DNA of 64,000 bases from Leucoraja erinacea. Lineage: Eukaryota. Positions 13,666 to 40,100 of this stretch are shown here, piece after piece (position 1 is the first letter of the stretch; each line of letters opens with the position of its first letter). The position numbers were made by a program, and so were the translations under genes. Location of the stretch: NCBI RefSeq assembly GCF_028641065.1, contig NC_073408.1, positions 10,478,001 through 10,542,000 of the forward strand, given 5' to 3'. A model generated the notes under the pieces. It worked only from the letters and a program-made list of their open reading frames with translations, ran no database searches and was not told where the DNA came from.

Positions 13666-16068
13666 CCATTATTTATGTGGCTTGTCCAGTTGAATGTCAC
13701 TCTGAGCTAAGTCACATTAATTTTGGCAGTTAACAGTCATCAAAAGCTGACTTAAAAAGGTGTATTTTTCACTTTCAATTTGTGAAGAAGCTTGAATTAG
13801 GATTCACATACGTTTTTACATTCAGTAAATTCTCTGAAGTTTTTATTTGGTTCCTGAAGCCACAGTTGTCAGAGCCCTATTGTTTATATTGTCACCAACT
13901 GATGGAGAATCATATTCTCAATTATGCACACTTCTACACAATTTTATACACAATGTATAAAAAAGTAACATTCTCTTACATATTATTCAAATATTCATTT
14001 ATCTTTCAAGTTACCAGATTTAGAATAGGGTCACGACAAGACAACACACATATAGGAAAGACTCACCATTAAAAGATTTCAGAGCAGTGGATTAATTTCA
14101 GTGTCCCGATGCAATATTTTATTCTTACCATGGACACACAAAATATCTAGCTGATAGAATCCCTGTTCCTTAAACATTATTTTAAATAATTGCTGTTAAA
14201 TTATCATTATTTAACTGAGGGAAGTAAAATGTGATGATAATTGATGCAATTTAATGTGCAGTTTTATTCAGTTGATTGAGTTGTAAAGTCTTATAAATAA
14301 ATTACTTTCTTTTAAGGCTGTCAGCAATGCATCAATGCTGAATGTCTTAGGACTTCATCCAGTGTAGTTTGCTCTTAAACATGCTTCTAGTTTCCATTTA
14401 CAGCTATTATTTTAAGCCTGCAGCTACTTCTTTGGATTGTTGACCCCCAAAACAGACTTCTAGGGTAAGGCCCTGATGGTGCCTTCTGTCCATTCCCTCC
14501 ACAGATGCTGTCTGAAGAAGGGTTTCGGCCCAAAACGTTACCTATTTCCTTCACTCCATAGATGCTGCTGCACCTGCTGAGTTTCTCCAGCAATTTTGTG
14601 TACCTTCGATTTTACAGCATCTGCAGTTCCTTCTTGAACAACATGCTGCCTGACCTGATGGCTTCCTCCAGCATTTTGTGTTTTGCCCCTAGGGTCCTGT
14701 TTGTTGACTGTAAATTGCATAAATAACCACTTACTGTCCTTGCAACATGCACACTTTACAAAAATAAACAATTTACTAACTGTCCCCTTTGCCTCAAGTT
14801 ACCCGAACCATATAGGAAAGATTCACCATTGGCAGTTCATGGCATTGACCATATTTGTAAGAATTTGCACTTCTCCACATTCTGCACAGCAAAAATTCCC
14901 TTTCCAAGAAATCCGAGACAGTGCCCAGGTGAGGAAACACTACACCACTCTATCATTCTTCAATTTCACTCAATTTAGAGATACAGCATGTAAACAGGTT
15001 CTCCAGCCCACCGAGCCCATACCAAACCTCGATCACCCGTTAACACTAGTTCTATGTTATCCCGCCATCTCATCCATTCCCTACACAAGGGGCAATTCAC
15101 AGAGTGCAATTAACCTGCAAACTCCAATGTCTGGGGCGTGAGAGTAAACCCATGCGGTCACAGGGGGCACATGCAAACTCCACACAGACAGACCACCAGG
15201 TCAAAATCAAACCCGGGTCTCTAGCGCTGGGAGGCAACCACTTGCTTTATTAATAATTTTTGAATGTTAGTTATGCAGTGTGTGCTTTGACATTACTAAT
15301 GGTGTTACTGACAAACACTGCCTCAAGCTGCATGGCTTTCAAGTTAAAGCTCAGGAATGTCAATACATTTTCTCTTAGTGTAGTCCATCTGCCAGACACA
15401 AAGATGTCTCTTCAGATTACTCCCTAAAGTCATTGTTATCACTACTCAGACAGGATATTTTATGAATGAAGTAAAATGCCAGTCGTGAACTGGAATGATG
15501 CAAGAGCTCGAGTGACTTTACAATCATTGGTAAGATAAGGGCTCAGTCTCCAGAACTGAACAAATAATCTTGAAATTAAAACAAAGGATTCAAGAAAGTG
15601 AAAGGCTCTTCCTTACATCAAGATAGTGAAAGGCTCTTCCTTACATAAAGCATCCTTTGATATTGCACCAAGTTCTAGAGGAACATAGAGCAAAGATGTG
15701 TGCAACATAATGAAGTGCATCATTCAAGAACAATTACATTGAAATTGTCCCCATGCAATTTGGAGATCCAGTCACATTATTTTATGCAGTCACTTAAATC
15801 ATAAAGACAGACCATTACACCCACAGTCTCTCATTAGATTCCTTCAATGCTCACATGAATTAGATCAAAATATATTCAAGACCAATTTTTAGCAACATTA
15901 TTTAACAATGAAGTGCACTAACAATAAAAATCAAATCAAAATCCCAACTCCGCACATCCAACCAAGCAATCAATTGACACCCAGGTGTTCTGTAAGCGAG
16001 GCAGGCAGGTCAGAGTTAGACAACTCCCAAGAGGAATAATCCATGCTTCAAATATTTGCAAATGAGAA

Positions 16069-30365
<14,297 letters not shown>

Positions 30366-30545
30366 CTGCGGGCGGGGAGAGTGACGAGGGGAGCAGGCCC
30401 GGCCCGGCGCGTCTGACAGGGGGAGTAAAGCCGGGCTCGTCGCCTCATCCCACGGCCGGGGCCCGCAACGACTAGGCCTCTCCACGCGATGCGCATGCGC
30501 GCCGACAGCGCGGTGAATGCTGGGATTTGTAGTCCGTCTCTCTAG
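30366..30545 (-). promoter_or_regulatory. DPAGT1 CpG-island core promoter / 5'UTR with NRF1 and ZNF143-type sites
   Basis: TGCGCATGCGC (NRF1 consensus) at 30490-30500; GACTACAAATCCCAGCA on the minus strand at 30518-30534 (ACTACAnnTCCCA, ZNF143/THAP11 composite). Confidence 0.8.
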
Positions 30546-30554
30546 TAACTCACT

Positions 30555-31043
30555 GTATAACCATATAATAATAACCATATAACAATTACAGCACGGAAAC
30601 AGGCCATCTCGACCCTTCTAGTCCGTGCCGAACACATAATCTCCCCTAGTCCCATATACCTGCGCTCAGACCATAACCCTCCATTCCCTGCCCATCCATA
30701 TAACTATCCAATTTATTTTTAAATGATAAAAACGAACCTGCCTCCACCACCTTCACTGGAAGCTCACTCCACACAGCTACCACTCTCTGAGTAAAGAAGT
30801 TCCCCCTCATGTTACCCCTAAACTTCAGTCCCTTAATTCTCATGTCATGTCCCCTTGTTTGAATCTTCCCTACTCTCAGTGGGAAGAGCTTTTCCACGTC
30901 AACTCTGTCTATCCCTCTCATCATTTTAAAAACCTCTATCAAGTCCCCCCTTAACCTTCTGCGCTCCAAAGAATAAAGCCCTAACTTGTTCAACCTTTCT
31001 CTGTAACTTAGTTGCTGAAACCCAGGCAACATTCTAGTAAATC
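30555..31043 (-). mobile_element. CR1-clade LINE 3' fragment
   Basis: ORF 30646-31032 LSYRERLNKLGLYSLERRRLRGDLIEVFKMMRGIDRVD...TRGH...FFTQRVV..W..LP; (ATATAACC)-type tail. Confidence 0.92.
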
Positions 31044-32831
31044 TAATTTGTCATGTTGTTACTTGTGGGCGGAGCACCAAGGCAAATTCCTTGTATGTGA
31101 ATACTTGGCCAATAAACTTACTTACTTATCCAAGGGTGCAGTGGTTAGTGAGATAGATACAAGATGCTGGTGTAATCATGGATGATCAGCCATGATCATA
31201 TTGAATGGCGGTGCAGGCTCGAGGGGCCGAATGCCCTACTCCTGCACCTACTTTCTATGTTTCTATGTAACTCGGCAGGACAGGCAGCATCTCTGGAGAG
31301 AAGGAATAGGTGGCATTTTGATTGAGACCCTTCTTCGGACTGAGAGTCAAGGGAGAGAGAAACTACAGATATGGAAGGGTTCAAAGGTGTGAAAAGTTCA
31401 TAAATTCAAAAGTGATAGGAGCATAATTAGGTCATTCGCCCTATCAAGTCTACTCCGCCATTCAATCATGGCTGATCTATCTCTCTCTCCTAACCCCATT
31501 CTCCTGCCTTCTCCCCATAATCGCTGACATCCGTACTAATCAATGACATCCAGACTAAACGGGAAAAGATTAGTAATCAAGGATAGATCAAAAGGACAGA
31601 TCAAAGCAGATGCTGATCAAGGTAATGTGGGAGGAAGGAACTGCAGATGCCGGTTTACACCGAGGATAGACAAAAAATGCTGGAGTAACTGCAGCAGGTC
31701 AGGTAGCATCTCTGTAAAGAAGGAATAGGTAACATTTTGGGTTGATACCCTGCTCCACAGCTTATAGTGTGCTCAGAAGCACTCTATAAGCACAATCATA
31801 CAGCAGTACAGGAGTGCAACAATTGTAGTATTGAATGTAGTAGACCATTCGGCCCTTCAAGCCAGCACCGCCAATCACTGTGATCATGGCTGATCATCCC
31901 CAATCAATACCCCATTCCTGCCTTCTCCCCATATCCCTTGTCTGACTCCGCTTTCTTTAAGAGCCCTATATAGCTCTCTCTTGAAAGTACCCAGGGACTG
32001 GCCTCCACTGCCCTCTGAGGCAGAGAATTCCACAGACAAATTCGAGCTGCTTGACTGCAACTTTGTATTTACATTGTTGGTTTCTTAGCACTGTGAAGAA
32101 AATAGCAATGTAACTGATACTTCTGCTCACCATACAATCAACAATGCCAAATGTCCAATTTGGATCTTCTGATCACATCTGTGCACCCAGGCAATGGGAA
32201 ATGTGTGTGAAACTTATCAAACAATATCTAACTGGAAAAGCACTACACTAATATCAAATTATAAATAAACACAATAACTCCAGCTTTAAAGTTGCTTTTA
32301 TTTCACTACTAAGATTTCCATTTGTTTTCTGCATTCAAGAATTTGAAATATTAATGCACAAAATTGATGCCTCCTGGTGGTGAAACACACACAATAGACC
32401 AATCTTCCAGAAATGCACACCATTTTATGAATTAGCACCAAGAAATGAACTAAAGTGGTGACAACCTCTAAATTGTTACTTCTCACAGTGTCAATAATTG
32501 CTAATTAAATGAACAAAGTGTTTTAAATTAAAAAAAACATTAAACGTTAGATGTTTTTATTCTATGAGCATTTCATAGAACAATGTAACAAAATAGAACA
32601 ATGTGTACACACAATGTGGGTTAGAAATTTGCCTGTGAAGTTGAATGTTGTACCCCAGTAAAATAATGCTGTGATAAAGTAATTTCAGACGTTACGTCGT
32701 TGCATTCGCAGCAAACCATTTTTATTGCACTTTTCTGTATTGCAAAGCCACATCATCTGTGCATGTATGAAGAAATGCGAGTTGTAAATAAATGCCATGC
32801 AAATACTGTAAAAACAAATTTTTATTCTGTA

Positions 32832-33522
32832 CTAGACTAAGTGGGACCCGTTGGGCTAGTTGCGCTAGTATGGGTGTTGCGGGCCGAAGGTACTGGTTTC
32901 CAGAGGGCTAGTATAGACATTATGAACCGAATGGATTCTTGGGCTGGCAGCCAACTGTTGCAACGATTTTAAAAGCAAAGCCAAGGCAAACAATTGGGCA
33001 GCAGCCACCCGACAACCAAAATTCATTTTGTGAACACAAACTTCTTAAAAAGATGAGGCAAACAATTGTGCAGCAGCCACCTAACAGCTGCATCGAGGGG
33101 ACTCACCGTGGAGTAGATGTGCGTTCAGTGTGATACGCAGCTCAGAGCCATGACCCTCTCGCTTCCTGGGTCTGGCAGACACTGAGTGAGGAACTACACT
33201 TTCGGCTTTCTCCAGCTTTTTTGTGTACCTTCGATTTTCCAGCATCTGCAGCTCCTTCTTAAACTACACTTCCGGGTTTTATAGTCCCTCCCCCCTGCGG
33301 CTAGCGGGGGCAGCAGAGAGAATGGGGATTTTTAAAAAAAACATTAATATCTCTCTGATTTTTCATCGATAGGAAAGATCCTATAAGATAGGAAGGCGGA
33401 TGGGGGCTCTGAGCGAGTTGGCCAAAAATGACGGCCGTTAGGTGGCGGCATTCTCTCGGAAATCACACCACAGCGAGCCAAAAACGGTCAAGATCAGACT
33501 TTTAGTAATATAAATATATAGA
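32832..33522 (-). mobile_element. Non-autonomous Helitron
   Basis: Minus strand reads A|TCTATATA...GCCCAACGGGTCCCACTTAGTCTAG|T: 5' TC, 3' CTAG, subterminal hairpin remnant, AT target, no TSD. Confidence 0.75.
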
Positions 33523-34169
33523 TATCAGCTTTCTCAGTGGTGTTTTGTGAATTCCAGAAGAGTGCATTTCCATTACTTAACCTGCTGTAATGTGGAAAAT
33601 GCCTGATCTTACAGTTGCTCATCACAAATAAGCTTCCAATGACCAAAACATAACCTTACTTTGGTTTGCTTTGTATTTAAGGAATGGAAATACATAATTA
33701 GGAGAAAATAGCTGCAATTTCTATCCAAGTTACTATTATTAATTATACCGTTTAAACCCAGCAGTTGCCTTCAGAAGGACAAATTCTTTGAAGCTTAAAT
33801 TTTCAAACTGGGGGTAGACAATTATATTTAAAAAAAGTTTTCATTCTATGCGTAGGTGATAAACTGTGGTTTTGTGGGATGGGGCTGGGCAGACTGGAGT
33901 TACTGAACCTCTACTCCAGACCAATGATTAGTATACAGTAGTCTATTAATATGAATCAATTCTTAAAATAAGGCTCCAGAGAAGGAAATGAAATGATTAC
34001 AACTCATGGTTAAGATGCTCTTGGAAGGCAGCAGCTCTACCGCTGCACCATTGTGCCACCTTGGAATTTTAATTTTAATCATTTGGCAAAATCTGCGGGT
34101 TATTCACTGAACATTCATGTCTTTATAGCAATAAGACCCAGCTCTCGGTGGGTCTCGGCAGTTGTACAT

Positions 34170-37100
34170 TCACTCATTGTTTTTCTCTATTTTATGTTGT
34201 CCTTCATTCGTCTTTTCACCTTGCTGGTTTGGTTGGGTTGAAACTCTGTTGTTGTCTCTGATTTCTCTTTCCTGCTGAAGGTATAGAAAAGTATGCAAGT
34301 TTTTCCAGTTAGAAAGCAGTGCCAAACTCTTTCCTCCCAGTCAGCATCTAAATTAGGCAATCCTGAACTAATTTACAGATCTTTTCTAGAAACGTTAATC
34401 TGTACGATTACTGTACTCCATCTACTTGCTTTAACAAGTGTCTGGTTTTTGGAAACATCAGGAGTTGTTTGCAAGATTTTCTACCATTACCAAGTAGTGA
34501 TTATTATTGCAAAACACAAAGTGCTGGAAAAACTCAACATGTCAGGCAGCATTTGCAGAGGGAGACAGACACAAAATGTTGGAGTAACTCAGCGGGACAG
34601 GCAGCATGTCTGGATAGAAGGAATGGGTGACATTTTGGTGAGAGACCCTGGAAGTTCCCATAACAGTTACTCACTTTGAAATAATTCATCCAGTGCAGAA
34701 GGCTTTGCAATGTCTTTAATGAAGATGGCAAGGTGCTATATTCGGTCTTATATTCTTTTATCGAGCTGCTTTAGAACCCTAAATCTCCATAATCTTTGGG
34801 AGTCATGACAGATATGCAGAGAATGGAGGGATATGGATCACGTGCAGGCTGTTGAGAATTGTTTACCTTTGTATTGTGTTCGGTACAGACATTAAAGGTT
34901 GTAGAGTCCTGTGCTATACTGTTCTATGACACTATTGTTAATCCTTGACATAAAACACATTAAATGGGTAAATATTACCTCTCCAGCAACAGTCAGAGAT
35001 TCTGTGTCTCTCAGTTTGACATTCAGTAAATCAGCAATTGCTTCTAAATGAACTTCTGGGCAGTCTTCATTTTGGAGTAGGTCAACATGTGTACGTAAAG
35101 TAGGGGAAACACAGAGTCGCAGAAAGAATGTTTCCTTGAAGATGCCTCTCAGTGCCTAGGATAATAACACAGTACGTTTGTAAATCTAATCTGTTGAGGG
35201 GCTGACCAAACTAAGTTTTAAGTCTGGCTGTAATGTAATTTTGTTGCCGTACCTGGTGGAAAAACGTGAGGTAGAGAGGATTGGAATCATCCCTCAGCTC
35301 ACCCGCAGCAATGTGAGCCAAACAGTGAACCAGGAGCAGGGAGAAGTCACCCACCGATGTCAGTTGTTGGCGTCGAATAAACAGCTCTTTCCGAGAATGC
35401 TGGAATACAGAAGTCTTGTTATAATGTCCCAAGCGATAAAACAGAATGGAAACAATTCTAGTCCTTATGCAATGAAAACAGAAGATGCTGGAAATATTGT
35501 TCTGAAGCTCGAATAGAGAGAGCAATGTTAAAAACAAAATGTTCATTATTCCGATACCAGAGGTTGAGGTTAGTCTAAGGTTGGAACCAAAGTACAGAAG
35601 GGACCTTTTCACAATGGGTGGTTGCTTCACTTTGCCACGTTATGGGATATGGATCATGAGTGGGCAGATGAGATTAGTTTATCTTAACATCATGTTTAGC
35701 CCAGACATTGTGGGCTGAAGGGTTGTTCCAGTGCTGTGCTGTTTTATGTTCTATGTAGTGAAGATACATTGATCTGGAAATTCCCTTTGCATGCCACTAC
35801 AATTTTCTGTGGGACACGAGTGAAGTTTATCTAAACCCAATTGCTGGATGCATTTGGGATCTTCATCTGATCAAACTTGTGGAAATTTGGTCTGTCTTCC
35901 CTCAGCATTTGAAGTGATAAGCTATGGGGGGTGATGCTGTTTGATCTGTTGGAGGCAACTTCAAGTTTGTTGTCTATATTGGGCTTGGTATCACCGTGCT
36001 CACTCTCATGTGCTATCATTGGATGGAGGTCACTTCGTCATCTCAAGGAAGTGGCTCCTTGAACAAATGACACATCAAGATGGTTCTTTTCATTAGGGCG
36101 CCATGGTTACCATTCATGTGGACTCGTGACATCATTGACCCCGAGAGGAGCTTGTGCCCATCTGGAGGCTGGTGTCTCTCTCAGTAGTCTGCATACTGAC
36201 CTTTAACAAAGTTAAGAATGGGATCCTTCAGCGCAGCAGCTCCATGCCGCTGGGCATTATTGACCCATTGAGGAACAGGCACAGGTATCGACCCTTCCTA
36301 AGAATGTACTGGACTGATGTTACATACTGTACCTGATAATAAAATGAATTCCGGAATTTATTGCGTGTATAATTGTTCATGGGCAAACTGGAGGCAAGAA
36401 GTAGGTTTATGTCTGGGGCCTGTGGAAAAATTACGAAATGTTACTCTTATGCCATAAAACATAAGTGACAGCTCGTTGTAAAGGGGCAAATGTAACATAT
36501 AATCTGGGCCTGCGATGAGTTTCTCTCCCATTATTATACTATTGGTTTCAATGAATAGCCTTATGTTTCAAATATCCAATGATGGCTTGGTCGCTGTCTG
36601 AAAAGAAACTTGTAAGATGTTCCATGTTTATGTAAGCATGTGGGTGTAAAAGTGTACATCTTTGGCTGTACTGTTGGTTTACATCTGAATGGAGAAACAT
36701 TTAAAATCAGAGCAGGGACAGTCCATTTGGCTCTTTGGGGCTGCTCCATTCTTTGAAGCAATCAGTATTCACTTCCCACTTTTTCTCCATATCCCTTGAT
36801 CTCTTTAACATTAAGAAATTTCATTGGGCGGCACAGTGGCACAGCGACAGAGTTACTGCCTCACAGCGCCAGGGTCCAAACCTGACTGCAGGTGCTGTCT
36901 GTGTGGAATTTGCATGTTCTTTGCATGGGATTTCTCCAGTTACTCTGGTTTCCTCCACTTTCTAAGGACATGCAGGTGTGTGTGTTACTTGCCCCTAGTG
37001 TGTACAACTTAAACTAGTGTATGGGTGATCGATGGTCGCCGTGGACCGAAGGGCCTATTTCCACACTGTCTCTAAACTAAATACTACTTCCTTCTAGAAT

Positions 37101-40100
37101 AAATGTAATCTTGGCTCCACAGGTTGTCCACTCTCTGGGTAAAGACATTTCTCCCGATCTTAGTTCTGATGGCCAAATCCCATTTCCTGAGGGAAATTTC
37201 AGTCATTAGGAATATCCCATTCCCACACTGACCTTTCTGTCCTGGACCTCCTCCATTTCACTTGGGTAGCTTACACCCCAGCGGTATGAACATTGACTTC
37301 TCTAACTTCAAATAGCCCTTGTTTTCCATCTCTCTCCATCCCCTCCCCCTCCCCAGTTCTCCCACCAGCCTTACTGTCTCCGACTACATTTTATCTCTGT
37401 ACCGCCCACTCCCCTGACATCAGTCTGAAGAAGGGTTTTGACCCGAAACGTCACCCATTCCTTCTCTCCATAGATGCTGCCTCTCCTGCTGAGTTACTCC
37501 AGCATTGTGTGTCTATCTTCAATTTAAACCAGCATCTGCAGTTCTTTCCTATGCATTAGGAATATCCTCCCTACAGCTAAGCTACCATGTCATGTCAGAA
37601 TTTAATGTGTCTATTAGATACTTGTCAACTCTAGTGAAGATAAGCCCAATCACCTAATCTTTCCTCATGTATTCATTCTGCCATTCTAGGAAGCAGACTA
37701 GCTCCCATCCAAGTCAAAAGATTGGCAAGTAATGTAAATACGCCTTTCAGTAGCTAATCTTCAAATATTTTCAACATCCTGGAGACATTATTAAATTCTC
37801 TCTTGGCTGTCTCCATTTTGCATAATAGTAAACATAAACAATGATGCAGGTATGCTGGGGGAAGTTAAAATGTTTCATGGCTTCAAGATCTTAAAAAAGA
37901 AAACATAGGGAAGAATAAAACTTGACTTCAGGAAAGAGAGAATGCAAGATTCCAATTCCAGGTTACCTCACAAATGTCATCACAGCTGCTGGAACTCACA
38001 TTGATTATTCTCTTCACAAGCTGTGCTATGAAGATCCCAAAACGATAGACATCTAGCTCACTCCCAGAAAGCTTCTCAATGCCCAGTGGCATCAGGTTTC
38101 CTTCACATGTGCACCCTGCATCCACAATGTCTGTGCATGGGCTGTCTGTTCCTGTAACAGAATGGTGCCTCTTTCAATCAATAGCAACTTCTGCAACAAT
38201 TTTGTCATAACAAGGTGTTTCAGAGATGAATTAGCAAACAAAATTTGGTAACTAACCACAAAATATGAATATTAGGGATATTAGGAATGATGGCCAAAAG
38301 TTTGAGCAGATTGTGAAAATGAAAGGTTTGTGCCTGTGTAGTGATTCCTATGTTGCAAATGCCTTGTCTTCACCAAAGCCCTTATGAAATTTCTTCCTTC
38401 ATTATTTGTAATGAAAGAAATGTGGCAGCCAAATAACTCTCACACACAAGGGTGCAAGGATCCAATGTATGAATATTTGATGAAGCGTACATGTTGGCCA
38501 GGCTACTGTGGATAATTCCACTATTCCTCTTAAAATGGTACCATGAGAGGTTTAATGCCCATGTGAAGTGATTATCAGATTAATATCTAATCTGAAAGTT
38601 AGCCCTCTGGCAGAATGGATAACTAGAATCTGCAGTTCCTTCCTACGCATTCCCTTCCGACATGAGCTGAGAGGCCGCCTAAAATTTTATATACAGGTTT
38701 CAGGAGCAGGAATTAACCCCAGAATATGTAGCTCAACCACAAGAGTGTTATCCATTGTGCCACTACAGGTTTTAAGGAGCACCTTTGAGGAAGGCAGAGT
38801 GATGGAAAGCTTTAGACTGGGAAATCATGAGCTCAGGGCCTTGGTCGACGAAGGCACAGGCACCACTAATGAAGTGCCTGAAATCACAGGTTCAGAGGAC
38901 TAAAACTGGAAGAGGAGCAATGTCTTAGAGGATTGAAGGATTGGACAAAATTGTACAATTGATGGGCCATGTAAACCCATGGAGGGATTTGAAAAGGTTG
39001 GAATGTCAAAGTTGGTTAAGCAATAATGGGATATGGTGATGGACAACCAAAAGGAGTGGAGCAGACAAGTGATTTCATCGGAAGTTGCCTCGGATTGATC
39101 AACAAGTCACTATACCTTGATAGTTGACTTTGGCTTCATCAGTTTCCTGTTGATCATCTTTATCTTGTGGAGCCACCCTGGCCTCTGGATTTGCTTTCAG
39201 GTGTTCATTGATTTCCGAAAGGAGTTTGAAGAGTGGGGACTGCAGAACCATCTTGATAGAGTCTTTCACTATAGGTATGAAAAAATTCAACATTCAGTGT
39301 TGAGTCTGAAGAAGTGTCCCAACCCAAAATGCCATCTGTCTATTCCCTCCGCAGATGCTGCCAGACTTGCTGAGTACTTTGAGTTTTACTCAGCAATCTA
39401 AGTTCAAGATATAGGAAGATGTTAAGTATGATCTTGCATTTACATCTTGCGTTCATCTTAAATAGAAGAGCAGGACCTGTACATCACTGGCACAACAAGT
39501 GCCATCTTGGCCATGGATGATGCTTACCCAAGGTAGCCCTGGGTCTTTGAAGGAACACTGGAACATTCAATGCAACAAAACCTGCCATTTGTTCAAAGGT
39601 TTTGGTGGCTGAGTAAAAGAGAGAATAATATAGTTTAATTATAGCATATCAAAATCATAAAATAGAAACATGTCTATCTATCAAGAAAAGACATAAAATG
39701 CTGAATTACTCCACATGTCTTTTCTTGATAGATAGACATAAAATGCTGGAGTAATTCAGCAGGCAGGCAGCATCTCTGGAGAGAAGGAATAGGTGACGTT
39801 TCAGGTCGAGACCCTTGATCAATCTGAAGAAGGGTCTCGACCCGAAACATCACCCAGTCCTTCTCTCCAGAGATGCTGCCTGTTCCGCTGAGTTAATCCA
39901 GCATTTTGTGTCTGCAGTTTAAACCAACATCTGCAGTTCCTTCCTACTCTTTTTTTTGTACCTTTTTATGATTTCATGTCATCCCTAAGCACAGAACATA
40001 GTGTTGCAGAATTATTCTGTTGCAGCGACAGAGAAAAAGCAGATCAAAAGAAGTGCACGTGCCTGAGAAGACAGAATTGGAGGAGAGCAGAGATCCCAGA

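Noticed and set aside
15596-15650. Short tandem duplication GTGAAAGGCTCTTCCTTACAT x2 (similar small duplications at ~16895-16950, ~25530-25575 and ~46873/47025)
   Set aside because: Ordinary local slippage duplications with no evidence of function.
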